The notes below the pieces were generated by a model. It did no database searches. It worked only from the letters and a program-made list of their open reading frames with translations, and was not told the DNA's origin. A DNA stretch of 39,362 bases from a virus (Duplodnaviria; Caudoviricetes): the IMG/VR virus record IMGVR_UViG_3300037851_000044, positions 1 through 39,362 of that record; one strand, given 5' to 3'. Both the position numbers and the translations under genes were made by a program. The stretch's first letter is position 1; every line of letters begins with the position of its first letter. Positions 17,215 through 26,991 of this stretch are shown in pieces.

Positions 17215-18786
17215 TTAGGCCGCCGCTTTCAGTTTTCCTTCGATCCATTGAACCGCCCAATTGCAGACCGTTTCCGGGTCCGCCGCTTCCTGACACGCCG
17301 CCGCGCCGGTTTTGCCGCGGTGACAATGTGACCAGTCGGCGTGTATCCGGTGACACGGGTAACAAGGAAGGTTGCTAGGTTCGACGGCGATGCACGGCGA
17401 CCAGTCGCGCGTCAGTTGTTCGGCGGTCGAATGCGACAGCAGAACGATTTTTAAGGGCGGTTCATGCGCGACCGAATTCACGATCGCACTTTCCGTCCCG
17501 ATGACAACGTCCGCCAGCGCGGCGAACGTGAAGCACTGCCGGATTGTCCATTGCGTCCCGACGATTGTTGACCGCGGCGTCGGGCGCAGCTTCGACATAC
17601 GCAAGTCTCCCAAAACGACGGTATGGATGCCGCGCGCCTCGAGGATTTCGATCGCGCGCTGCGTATGCGGCCAGAACTTCGGAAGGCTGGACCCGGTCGG
17701 GTTAATCACGACGACCGGACCGTCGCGCTTCGCGCGTTCCGCCTTCGCGAATTCGATTTCTTCTTTCGTCGGCGTGAACTTGATCCGCACCTTTTCGCGA
17801 TCGAAGTCGACGCCTGCCCAATGGTAGACGTTTTCGACGTAGTTTTTCCGCATGACCCGGCGCCGCGTTTCATCTGGCAGCCAGAAATTAGGGTCGATCG
17901 GATGCGGCAACAAAGTTCGTTCGACCGACCCGACGAGGTTCACGAACCTGTCGAACTTGCTTTCGGCCCATTGCCAGTAAGCCGACTGCAATCGCGAAGT
18001 GTCCGGCCCGCCCATTCCGAATATGCCGTCAGGCTGTACGCGCATTTCGTCGATATTCGGATCGTTTCCTAAGCTTGCCTGGCCTTCCTTTTGCGTAAAT
18101 AGCGTGACGTGCCATCCCTCCCGCTTGTATGCCTCGAGGATCGGCGTAATCCACAACGCATCACCGTATGCGCCCAGGCGGACAAGCCCGAGCGTTTTTT
18201 CGGGTTTCGGTTTCGGTTCGACGACGACCGTCTGCGCGTCGCTGCGCTTGCGGTAGATTTGAAGGAACGAGTATTCGAACGCTTCGGTTCGGACTTCGTC
18301 GCGTTCTAGATCCCACCCTTGCCCGCAGGATTCGGCGACTTCGCGCATCGCTTCGACAATGTCGGCGTTGCGGAAGTCGTGACGGTGATCCGGGTTCGCG
18401 CCAGGCATCCCCACATTCGGATAATGATCGGCGTGCGGGATGTACAAAATCAACCGACCGCCGGGACGAATGACGCGCCACCAGTCGCGCAGCGATGCGC
18501 GGTAGTCGTCGATATGCTCGAGCAAGTGCGACGAAAAGACGACGTCGATTTCGCCGTCGGCGAACAGCGTCAGCTTGTCGCATGACGCCTCGATCCGCTG
18601 ATTCGCCTTCGCGCCGAACAAGCGTAAATCTTTGTCGTTATCCATGCCGATGACGTGCGGCGCCCCGGCGAACGCGGGCATCGGCCCGCATCCTAGATCC
18701 AGGCATCGCCCGTGCATCAAATGGGCGATTTCGAACATTACTTTATGGGATTCCGCGCCCTGCGGTCCGTCACTTCTCCAAACCAT
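17215..18786 (-). CDS. Fusion of SAM methyltransferase and GT9 (heptosyltransferase-like) glycosyltransferase
   Basis: LDLGCG, VFSSHLLEH, WWRVIRPGGRL; then VRLGAYGD, INP.GS...KFWP, ADVVIGTESA. Confidence 0.85.
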   Translation of the reverse strand: MVWRSDGPQGAESHKVMFEIAHLMHGRCLDLGCGPMPAFAGAPHVIGMDNDKDLRLFGAKANQRIEASCDKLTLFADGEIDVVFSSHLLEHIDDYRASLRDWWRVIRPGGRLILYIPHADHYPNVGMPGANPDHRHDFRNADIVEAMREVAESCGQGWDLERDEVRTEAFEYSFLQIYRKRSDAQTVVVEPKPKPEKTLGLVRLGAYGDALWITPILEAYKREGWHVTLFTQKEGQASLGNDPNIDEMRVQPDGIFGMGGPDTSRLQSAYWQWAESKFDRFVNLVGSVERTLLPHPIDPNFWLPDETRRRVMRKNYVENVYHWAGVDFDREKVRIKFTPTKEEIEFAKAERAKRDGPVVVINPTGSSLPKFWPHTQRAIEILEARGIHTVVLGDLRMSKLRPTPRSTIVGTQWTIRQCFTFAALADVVIGTESAIVNSVAHEPPLKIVLLSHSTAEQLTRDWSPCIAVEPSNLPCYPCHRIHADWSHCHRGKTGAAACQEAADPETVCNWAVQWIEGKLKAAA

Positions 18787-18882
18787 TCTCGTTTCCCCGA
18801 TAGTTGCCCCGAAATGTAGACCGCGCCGGGTCCGTCGGGGTGGCGGATTTTTCGCCCGGATGGGCTAGGCGCGATCTGATCG

Positions 18883-19092
18883 TTACTTCTTAGCCTTCGC
18901 CGTCGATTCTGCCGCATCCTGCGGCGGCGCGTAATCGACCTTACAGAATCCTTTCAGGATCGCGAATTCGGATTCGGGCAGATCCAGAATTTGCCCCGGC
19001 GATACCAGGTCGCCGCGATAGAACCCGACCAGCGCAACCGCGCGGACAGTTTTCGTCCAACCGACCGACGCGCGCCCGACCGTAATCGTCAT
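18883..19092 (-). CDS. Small head-associated protein
   Basis: 69 aa after the capsid gene, lysine-rich end. Confidence 0.55.
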   Translation of the reverse strand: MTITVGRASVGWTKTVRAVALVGFYRGDLVSPGQILDLPESEFAILKGFCKVDYAPPQDAAESTAKAKK

Positions 19093-19122
19093 ACGTTCCC
19101 CCGTTGAAAGTTGACCATACGC

Positions 19123-19152
19123 TACGGGGTAGGGCAGATACCCTACCCCGTA
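19123..19152 (-). terminator. 12-bp stem hairpin after the capsid gene (terminator or mRNA stabiliser)
   Basis: TACGGGGTAGGG-CAGATA-CCCTACCCCGTA; no clear U tract. Confidence 0.5.
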
Positions 19153-19161
19153 TGCGTCAGG

Positions 19162-21051
19162 TTAGCCGGTGATGCCGGTTCCGATCGCGAACGCAGCGCC
19201 GTAGCGGACCCCGATATCGCACGAGTAGATCGCGCGAACGCCGATGATTCCGCTTTGGAAAACCGCAAACGGGTTAATCGCAATTTCGAGCGATCCCCAT
19301 TCCCCAACGAGCACTTGCGAAAAATCGCCGCCAAGCATCGTGCCGGACGTGATCTGCACGGATGCCAGTGCGCGCTTTCCGACGACCTGGCCCTCGAGCA
19401 ACGCGCCTTCCCAAATCGGCGTGTCGCTGTTCGTGAATCGCGGCTTGCCCATCAGAACGGCAGCGATCGCCGGGTGGCAGACATAGCCGAACCCGGTGAA
19501 CAGCGCATTCGCCGACGCGACGGTCGACTGGAATTTGATCATATCTTGATACGACACGGCGGAACCGGTCCCGGGGTTCGCGGTGCCGAGTCCCGATTGG
19601 TAGCGGATGCCAAGCGGGACCGACGAATCGGCGGACGTACCAGCCAGCATCGCACTATCCACGCCGAGCGCGACCGCTGCCGCAAGGTCGGACTGCACCA
19701 GCATTTCGGCATCGGGCGTCGACTGCATCAGCAGTTGCCGCGAAATCTGCTGATACCCGGCGACGTGCTTCGGCGACAGGGTCAGCGCGCCGACCGTCAG
19801 TTCGGAAGCGGTCGCCGTGCCGAGTTCGCCGATCCATGCGACGGAACCGCCGGTCGCCTGGCGCGGGATGACGACGACGCCTTGCAGACCGGACAGCGTC
19901 CGCGCGCCGAGTCGGAACCCGACCGAAGTGTTCCGCAGCATATCGATGAACGAACCCGGTTGCAGATCCGTTCCGACGATATAGCCGCCCTGCGCCGCCG
20001 TGCCGACTTGCAGCGTACGCTGCTGGACGTCAACGGGGACCATGAACGACGTCGCGTTCAGCGGCTTCCCGAGTCGTTCGGCGATCGTGCGCGAGCATTC
20101 CGCTTCGAATTCGGCGTTCTTCCACGAACCGTCGGCAATGGCGCGGACGGCGCGGACGACGGAAAACCGTTTCGTTTCGTTCGTCGTGAGGCCGAGGTAC
20201 GACGGGGAATCGGTGAGCTTTGCCCGGTCCCGACGGATCGTCAGGATTTCGTCCGCGATCGCGTCCCAGGTTTTGCCGGAACGGACCCAATGGGCGATCG
20301 TGTTTTCGTCGTGAATTGCGTTCGCTTCCGCGAACTTGCGGATCGTGGCGGAACGCGCCTGATCCGACTTGACTGCATCGAAGTCCGCCGTCACCCGAAT
20401 GTCCGGGGTACGGTTTTCCGCTGCTGCTGCGCCCGCGGTCGGCGTCGTTTCTTGGGACATTACGTCCTCCATTGAAAGTGCGGCGGGTGCCGCGGGGAAT
20501 TCATGCGCCCGGACGGGAACCGACCGGGTATGCATCACTGGATCAGTGCGACCGATGCCGACCGAAAAATCCGCCGGGATCGTGACAATGCTCGCTTCCA
20601 TCGGCGACCAGTCAACGGCGGTAAACGTGCCGGACTTTCGGTCCTCGATGAATTCGTGTACGTCATAGCCGACGGATACGTTCCGCAATCCACCGTCAAC
20701 CATGGTCTGCACTTCGCGCGCGCGGTCTGTATCGAACATCCGCGCGTCAACGTGCAGGCGACCGCCGTCCAAATAGGCGCGATCAACCATACCGATCGGG
20801 TCGTTCCAGTCGTGATTAAACAGTAGTGGCATGGCGCCCGATGCGGCGCGGTCCAGTCTGATCGCGCCCTTTTCGTGCGACAGGATTTCGGTTCCGTAAA
20901 ACCGTTCGACCGGAGCTTCGCTGGACAGCGAAAACGAAATCCGCACCTTTTCGTCCAGGTCGTCGGACCGCGTGACGTTGATCGCCGCCGCGGTTGCGTT
21001 GCGGATCTGCGGACCGTTAAGATTGATCGTTTTCCGTGTTTCGTTCGGCAT
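19162..21051 (-). CDS. Prohead protease (HK97 type) fused to major capsid protein
   Basis: PLLFNHD, RNVSVGY, EASIVTIPAD protease motifs; capsid domain from M198 onward. Confidence 0.9.
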   Translation of the reverse strand: MPNETRKTINLNGPQIRNATAAAINVTRSDDLDEKVRISFSLSSEAPVERFYGTEILSHEKGAIRLDRAASGAMPLLFNHDWNDPIGMVDRAYLDGGRLHVDARMFDTDRAREVQTMVDGGLRNVSVGYDVHEFIEDRKSGTFTAVDWSPMEASIVTIPADFSVGIGRTDPVMHTRSVPVRAHEFPAAPAALSMEDVMSQETTPTAGAAAAENRTPDIRVTADFDAVKSDQARSATIRKFAEANAIHDENTIAHWVRSGKTWDAIADEILTIRRDRAKLTDSPSYLGLTTNETKRFSVVRAVRAIADGSWKNAEFEAECSRTIAERLGKPLNATSFMVPVDVQQRTLQVGTAAQGGYIVGTDLQPGSFIDMLRNTSVGFRLGARTLSGLQGVVVIPRQATGGSVAWIGELGTATASELTVGALTLSPKHVAGYQQISRQLLMQSTPDAEMLVQSDLAAAVALGVDSAMLAGTSADSSVPLGIRYQSGLGTANPGTGSAVSYQDMIKFQSTVASANALFTGFGYVCHPAIAAVLMGKPRFTNSDTPIWEGALLEGQVVGKRALASVQITSGTMLGGDFSQVLVGEWGSLEIAINPFAVFQSGIIGVRAIYSCDIGVRYGAAFAIGTGITG

Positions 21052-21056
21052 CGCTA

Positions 21057-22610
21057 TTACCTCCGGATTACGCGCAGCCCGCGATCGTCATCGGACGCGG
21101 GTTCGTCGGGTTCGTCATCGGGTTTGGGCGCAACGTCGGTCGGCGGTTGAACCGGTTCGACGGTTGTATCCAGATTGATCCCGGCATCTTCGAACATTTC
21201 CAGTTCGACGGCCCGAATCCTGGCGATTTCTTCGACGTCGCGACCGTCGCTGTATTGCGAAACGACGTCCGTAATGGTCGTGAACCCGCAGCGGACCGCT
21301 TCTTTGTATGCGGCAACTTCTTTGCCAGGATCAACGAATCCCCATCCGCGCAACAGCCATTTGACCGCTTCGTACCTGACCGGATCGGCGGCGTATGCGC
21401 CGATCGGAATCGCCGGGATTGCTCGAGCCATCACCGCAAGCTGCAACCATTCGCGGTGAAATTCGGCGCGGAACGAACGGACCCACCATTGCTGCAAGAT
21501 CCGCCACAGATCGCGATCGTCCAGCAACGCCAGGCGCGACGACGAATAGTTCGACTGCGAATAGTCGCGCGAAAGGGATTCGTACGACACGCCGCAGCCC
21601 GCGGCCATTTCGCGCAACATATAGCGCAGGAACGCTTCGACCGCAGAATTCGGGCGGTTCGGCGCGACGAAATTCATTTTTTCGCCATACGCCAGCCGTT
21701 CGACGATGCCGGGTTCCATCGGGATCGTCGACTGTCCGTTCGCGGCGACGTCGCCGGTTCCAGCTTCGTCCCCAGGTTCGTCGGTTTCGACGAAACCCAT
21801 GTAACACGCGGCGGCGCGGGCGGCGGTGATTTCAGCTTCGGAATATCCGTCGATATCGTTCAGCTTCCGCAGGACAGCGTGCATCCACGGAACACAGCGC
21901 GTTTGCGGCCAGCGGTCGCGAAGTCCGATATGGATTATGTCCGATGCCGGGACGCGGATAACTTCGTCAACGGCCAGCGCAGACCAGCGGGTATCCCCCG
22001 GATGATGCTTGCGGATGTAATAGGCGACCGGGCGCCCGAACCCGTCGACTTCGATTCCCTGCCTGACCTGGCCTACCGCGCCCGGCCACGGTTGCGCCAT
22101 GTTTTCGGCGATGCGTTCCGCTTCGATGATTTCAAGCGCCATCGGCACGGACGAACGCCCAAGCGTCAACGGATGTTTGCGGATGAACACTTCGCCCGCT
22201 TCGAATACCTGTTCCAGGCAAAGCCGTTCCATATCCTCGAAAGCCAGAACGCCGCCGGTATGGCATGACTTCGCTTCGGACCACTGGCGCCAGGCCGATT
22301 CAATTCCGTTATTGACGGCGGTCGCCAGTTCGTCGCGCGTCGTCATTACTTGCGCCTGAATCCCGACGCCCGACCCGAGTACGTTATTAACGACGATCGC
22401 CCGCGCCCGCTTCGCGTAGGAATTGTCGCGGATCAGTTGCCGCGACCGGTTGCGAAGTGACGTCAGCGACGAACTTAGTTCGCCGTCTGCGCTTGTCGTG
22501 CCGGACCCGAAACCAAATGTCAGGCGCGACTGCGCGGCGCCGTTGTAAAGGCGGATCGACTTCGGCGCGATCAGTCGCGCGATGCGCTGGCGAAGTTTTC
22601 TAAGATCCAT
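21057..22610 (-). CDS. Portal protein, lambda family
   Basis: LRNRSRQL.RDN, QTR.VPW, GVSYE.LSRDYSQSNYSSSR, W.FVDP.KE motifs. Confidence 0.92.
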   Translation of the reverse strand: MDLRKLRQRIARLIAPKSIRLYNGAAQSRLTFGFGSGTTSADGELSSSLTSLRNRSRQLIRDNSYAKRARAIVVNNVLGSGVGIQAQVMTTRDELATAVNNGIESAWRQWSEAKSCHTGGVLAFEDMERLCLEQVFEAGEVFIRKHPLTLGRSSVPMALEIIEAERIAENMAQPWPGAVGQVRQGIEVDGFGRPVAYYIRKHHPGDTRWSALAVDEVIRVPASDIIHIGLRDRWPQTRCVPWMHAVLRKLNDIDGYSEAEITAARAAACYMGFVETDEPGDEAGTGDVAANGQSTIPMEPGIVERLAYGEKMNFVAPNRPNSAVEAFLRYMLREMAAGCGVSYESLSRDYSQSNYSSSRLALLDDRDLWRILQQWWVRSFRAEFHREWLQLAVMARAIPAIPIGAYAADPVRYEAVKWLLRGWGFVDPGKEVAAYKEAVRCGFTTITDVVSQYSDGRDVEEIARIRAVELEMFEDAGINLDTTVEPVQPPTDVAPKPDDEPDEPASDDDRGLRVIRR

Positions 22611-23187
22611 GACCGTCAAACCTCACATAAGAAAACCGCGGATCGGCCATGCCGCGCGCGATCGCGTCTTTGCGGATTTCCCGCGCCCGTTCGGTTTGCC
22701 AGTGCCGCAACAGATCCCGAATGCCCTGGGACGTAGTGAACTTCATCCGGCGCCCGGCGATTTCGTATTCGGCGATCGTGCCATTCGACGCCGTATAACT
22801 GGCAAGCGCCACGTTCAGGTCGTCGATTGCTTTCTGCGCCAGCGTCCGCCCGTCGAAACCCGCGACCGCCGTCCGCGGGTTTTGCAGGATGACCAGTTGC
22901 GAAAACGCCGGTTCGACGGTGTAAACCTCCGCGCCCTTTTCGACCCAGGCGGCGACCGAATAGTCGCCCGGCGACCAGTCGTCCGTAACGGTCGCGGCGG
23001 CGGCGACGCGATACTGCGTGCCTTCCGTCGTCGCCGTCAGATCGATGACGCTTGCAGTTCCGTCGCGCGGGATCAGTCGATATTTGAGCGTCCATCCGTC
23101 GCCCGGATAGTAAGCCCCGTCGGCGCCCGTCGGCGCATCCTGCAAGTAGGACAGCGTGTCGCCTGCAACCAGTTTTTGCGAAATCAT
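22600..23187 (-). CDS. Head completion protein (gpW-like C-terminus)
   Basis: AGDT..., EYEIAGRRMK motifs; directly upstream of portal. Confidence 0.65.
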   Translation of the reverse strand: MISQKLVAGDTLSYLQDAPTGADGAYYPGDGWTLKYRLIPRDGTASVIDLTATTEGTQYRVAAAATVTDDWSPGDYSVAAWVEKGAEVYTVEPAFSQLVILQNPRTAVAGFDGRTLAQKAIDDLNVALASYTASNGTIAEYEIAGRRMKFTTSQGIRDLLRHWQTERAREIRKDAIARGMADPRFSYVRFDGHGS

Positions 23188-25583
23188 CCAAGGTTCCCCA
23201 AGTTGCCGTCGACGACCTTTCCGCCGTCTCCGCCCGCGATACTGCGTTCCGGAACCGACAGCGTCCCATCCCCAAAGCGCCCAGGTACGACGCCCATAGC
23301 CGCCGAACCGATGCGCCGCGGACCCTGCCTCGTGATATCCGACAGCGACCAAACCGTGCCGACTGCCGTTCCGGCGGGCGTGATTGTCCGCGAACTTTGT
23401 CCGATGCGCGGCGTGGCGCCGGCGACCGCTTCCGACGACCCGGCGGCGACTACTGCGGCGGTCGACGTGCCGCGGATCGCGATCTGTCCCGCGCCAGCCG
23501 CGGCGGGAATGACCGCAACCGCCGACGCGCCTAGAACGTCGACCTTGCCGGTGGCGGCGCCCGCCGGGGTGATCGCCCTCGAGCTTGACCCAAAAATCCC
23601 GGCATAGCCTACGGACCCGGTCGAATCACGCCCGACGTCGACCGCGACGCCTGACGTCCCGCGGATTGCGACCGTACCGGCGGCGGCGCCCGACGACGAT
23701 ACTTCGGCGGAACTTGTCCCGACTACCGGCGTCGCGCCGACCGTTCCGGACGCGGCGGCCGCCGCGGTCACTGCCGCCGCGCTGGCGCCCGCGATCGCAA
23801 CCGTTCCCGCCGCCGATCCCGCCGGGACCACCGACGCCTGCGACGTCGCTCGAACGTCTACAGTGCCGCTGGCGGCGCCGGCGGGCGCGACCGTATAGGC
23901 ACTAGTGCCGGTCAGCGGCGACGCGCCCACGACGCCGGACGACGTCGCCGCGGGCAGAATTTGTGCCGACGAAACCCCGGCGACAGCAACGGCGCCCGCC
24001 GCCGCGCCCGCTGCCGTGACTGCAGCCGAGCTTGTGCCTACAACCGGCGTCGCGCCGACAGTGCCGGACGCATTGCCCGCCGGGACAATGCTCGAGGCGG
24101 ACGCGCCGCGGACTTCGACGGTTCCGGCAGCGGAACCCGCCGGCGCGAACGCGGCGGAACTTGTCCCGACTACCGGCGTCGCGCCGACCGTTCCGCTTGC
24201 GGTGCCGGCTGGCGTAACAGATAGCGACGACGTGCCGCGGACTTCGACAGTCGCGCGGCTATCCCAAAAGACATAGACGCTAAGGTCGCACTGGATTGAC
24301 CTTATTTCGACTGTACCGCCGGCGGTGCCAGCGGGGGTAATCGCGGCGGCGCTTGTGCCGGTTACGGGCGACGCGCCGACCGTCCCGGCAGACGTCCCGG
24401 AAGGAACTACGGCGCCCGTCGACGCGCCGCGGACTTCGACCTGTCCCGCCGCCGAGCCGACTGGCGTAACGGTTACGCCGGACGTTCCGGAAATCGACGC
24501 CTGTCCGCGTCCGAACGACCCGCCGCGACGCGACGCGATCCCTAGCGGCGTCAGCCTTGAATATGGCCCGATTTGCCGCGCCGACGCTTCCGGCGTGCCT
24601 GACGAATTCCCGGCGACGATGACCTGAACAGTCGACGCTCCGGAAATTTCGGCGAACGCCGCCGAACCTACCGCGGCGCCGGACGGAATGACGCCGACCG
24701 ACGAATTTGCGGCGATCGCGACCGTTCCGTTCGCCTGCCCCGCCGGATCGATTCCGACCGCCGACGTGCCTGATGCCGGACCGTTTTCAACGGTTCCAGC
24801 CGCCGCGCCGCCGGGCGTAACGGTGCCGGTCGAAATAAGCGACCGGTCCCGAATGATGACGATTCCGAACGGCCCGCGGACGTTCGTCGTCGTGCCGCCG
24901 ACGGTCGCCGACAGGACCGTTTTTGACGTGCCGGATGTTGCGCCGCTGCTGATCGGCGCGCGACCGATCAGTCCGCCGATATCGTTCCCGGTCGACGAAT
25001 CCGGTTCGTACATTTCGACGAACGAACCGAACGTGACGCCGCTACAGGACAGCGATTCGGCGGAAAACTGCGACGGCGTCGTGACGTCCGTCGGGATCGC
25101 GAACACGGCGAACGCCAGGTCGCCCGGTGCGATCGCCAGGTTATCGGTTGCCGTCCCGGCGAACGCCGTTCCGGGGTTTGCCGTCTGCTGCCCGAACGCC
25201 GCCAGGAATTCCCAGTCGGTAAGCGCGCCGCGGTCCGAATCGACCCGGACCATATGCGCCCACGCGACGTTATTCGTCGCGATCGTGACGGTTAGCGACC
25301 CTGATTCCGTGCCGACTGCGGACCGACCGTAAACCCAAAGGTTCATGTTGCCGGAATCGGCGCCAAGCGTCGTGCCATAGCCGCCGCACGCCAGGGCCGA
25401 ACCGACGGCAGTCCACCCGGACGGCGCCGTAATGCCGCCCCCGTTCGCGGTCGACGGTTTCATGGCGACGTAAAGCAACAGCCCGTCGCCGGCGTCTATG
25501 CCGCCAGGATACGCAGGGGCGACAGTTGTTCCGCCGCTGGCGCTATACGCTACCGCTGTCGCGGTCCCGTAGGTAATCGCCAT
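23184..25583 (-). CDS. Ala/Gly/Ser/Thr/Val-rich repetitive putative virion protein (799 aa)
   Basis: Globular N-terminus then alternating short repeats of the type GTSS...PAG.A.GTV. Confidence 0.75.
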   Translation of the reverse strand: MAITYGTATAVAYSASGGTTVAPAYPGGIDAGDGLLLYVAMKPSTANGGGITAPSGWTAVGSALACGGYGTTLGADSGNMNLWVYGRSAVGTESGSLTVTIATNNVAWAHMVRVDSDRGALTDWEFLAAFGQQTANPGTAFAGTATDNLAIAPGDLAFAVFAIPTDVTTPSQFSAESLSCSGVTFGSFVEMYEPDSSTGNDIGGLIGRAPISSGATSGTSKTVLSATVGGTTTNVRGPFGIVIIRDRSLISTGTVTPGGAAAGTVENGPASGTSAVGIDPAGQANGTVAIAANSSVGVIPSGAAVGSAAFAEISGASTVQVIVAGNSSGTPEASARQIGPYSRLTPLGIASRRGGSFGRGQASISGTSGVTVTPVGSAAGQVEVRGASTGAVVPSGTSAGTVGASPVTGTSAAAITPAGTAGGTVEIRSIQCDLSVYVFWDSRATVEVRGTSSLSVTPAGTASGTVGATPVVGTSSAAFAPAGSAAGTVEVRGASASSIVPAGNASGTVGATPVVGTSSAAVTAAGAAAGAVAVAGVSSAQILPAATSSGVVGASPLTGTSAYTVAPAGAASGTVDVRATSQASVVPAGSAAGTVAIAGASAAAVTAAAAASGTVGATPVVGTSSAEVSSSGAAAGTVAIRGTSGVAVDVGRDSTGSVGYAGIFGSSSRAITPAGAATGKVDVLGASAVAVIPAAAGAGQIAIRGTSTAAVVAAGSSEAVAGATPRIGQSSRTITPAGTAVGTVWSLSDITRQGPRRIGSAAMGVVPGRFGDGTLSVPERSIAGGDGGKVVDGNLGNLG

Positions 25584-25639
25584 TTAGACCCCCTGCAATC
25601 GAACGCGCCGACGCTTGCGCCCATCCGGCGCGTTGCCCG

Positions 25640-26221
25640 TCATGCGATCGTGAACGAATCCCCGTTCGTCGGCGCCCGCGTCAACGTCTGATCGCCAGCG
25701 GTGGCGGTTCCGAGCGTAATTCCTGCCGTTGTGACCGAAAAAATCGGCGCCCCTTCGCCGCGCAGCCCGGTCGACGTCGTGTCGGATAGAAACGTCAGAA
25801 TCCGGCCCTTGTATTGATCGGCGTCGACGACAGACGGCGATATGCCGCCGCTTCCGCCTGTGATCGGAATAAACGACGTCGTCGGCGTAGTGCCATTGCC
25901 GCACGTTCCGTAGACAAGCCCCTTCGCCGCCGCCGTCATCCGCACGGAACTTTCGTAGTCTGTCGTATAGCACTGCACAAGCGATTTCAGTGCCGCCGTT
26001 CCGTCGTTCGAAAACACAAAAGCGGCGTGCGCGCCGTCCGTCTGCGCCTGCGGCGGCGCGTATCCCCAAAGCCCGCCGCCCTTGTGCGTCGCCGTCGTGC
26101 CGGTCCCATAGGTGCCGTTGTCCAGGCAGTAGTAAACCGTCGTCGTTCCGGTCGTTACCGGACTGCCGTCGGTCCCCAGGATCAGCGCGCTAATGGCTTG
26201 ATTCGCGACATTTCTGAACAT
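25640..26221 (-). CDS. Putative virion structural protein (193 aa)
   Basis: Thr/Gly-rich, coupled within the late operon. Confidence 0.6.
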   Translation of the reverse strand: MFRNVANQAISALILGTDGSPVTTGTTTVYYCLDNGTYGTGTTATHKGGGLWGYAPPQAQTDGAHAAFVFSNDGTAALKSLVQCYTTDYESSVRMTAAAKGLVYGTCGNGTTPTTSFIPITGGSGGISPSVVDADQYKGRILTFLSDTTSTGLRGEGAPIFSVTTAGITLGTATAGDQTLTRAPTNGDSFTIA

Positions 26222-26991
26222 CAGACAATCCCTTGATCTACTAGCGCCCTAATGACGCCGGGCGCAAGTCCTGACGGCCCGCCGCCGCTCGATTCGGTTT
26301 TGTATGCGACCGCGCATATCGCCGACCCCGACCATGAGCCGCCGCTGCTGATCGCCCATTCCGCTTGATCGGTCGTCGCGGTCGAAACGATGCGATACGC
26401 GCAGGCGCCATTATCGTCGGTCGACGTTTCGTTTTCGTAGATCGTCGTAAATGCGGCGTCGGGCGTCAGCGTCGCCGCGGCGCTGCTATTGACTTGCATC
26501 GCGCCGACGATGACCGCTTCGCCCGCCGTATCGACGTCGCCGGATACGCTTGGCGTCGTGTTGTTCGCGGTAATGTTCGCGCTAGCCGTATCTTCGACGC
26601 GCGAGCTTCCCCACTGCCGTCCCGACCCCGGATTAAATGCTTCGACCCCGATCAGGATATAAGCGCCCGACGTCGCGTCGGTGATTTGCATCCGCAGCGT
26701 CCCGCTCGCGGTGACGATTGCAGACCATATGGCCGATGCCATGTAAGCCAGGCTGCCGGGCGTATCTTCGGCGAACGTTTGAACGTCCTGCGACACGGTT
26801 CCAATCGTCGCCGTCCCGCTTGACTTCGAACAGTCGCCAGCCGCAAAAGAATCGGAACCCCCCGGCGTGTATTTCATGCCGCAAACGACGATCATTTGTC
26901 CTGCGGTCACACTAATGTCCGCGCTTAGTGCGACGGACGTCGTGTTATTGCCGTTGTTACCGGCGGCAACGCCAGCGGCGGTTATGCTCAT
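26221..26991 (-). CDS. Putative virion structural protein (256 aa)
   Basis: Ser/Thr/Ala-rich beta-type sequence with overlapping start and stop codons. Confidence 0.6.
   Translation of the reverse strand: MSITAAGVAAGNNGNNTTSVALSADISVTAGQMIVVCGMKYTPGGSDSFAAGDCSKSSGTATIGTVSQDVQTFAEDTPGSLAYMASAIWSAIVTASGTLRMQITDATSGAYILIGVEAFNPGSGRQWGSSRVEDTASANITANNTTPSVSGDVDTAGEAVIVGAMQVNSSAAATLTPDAAFTTIYENETSTDDNGACAYRIVSTATTDQAEWAISSGGSWSGSAICAVAYKTESSGGGPSGLAPGVIRALVDQGIV

Noticed and set aside
19111-23607. Long plus-strand ORFs opposite capsid and portal (454, 410 and 341 aa)
   Set aside because: Antisense shadows expected in high-GC coding DNA, with no recognisable motifs
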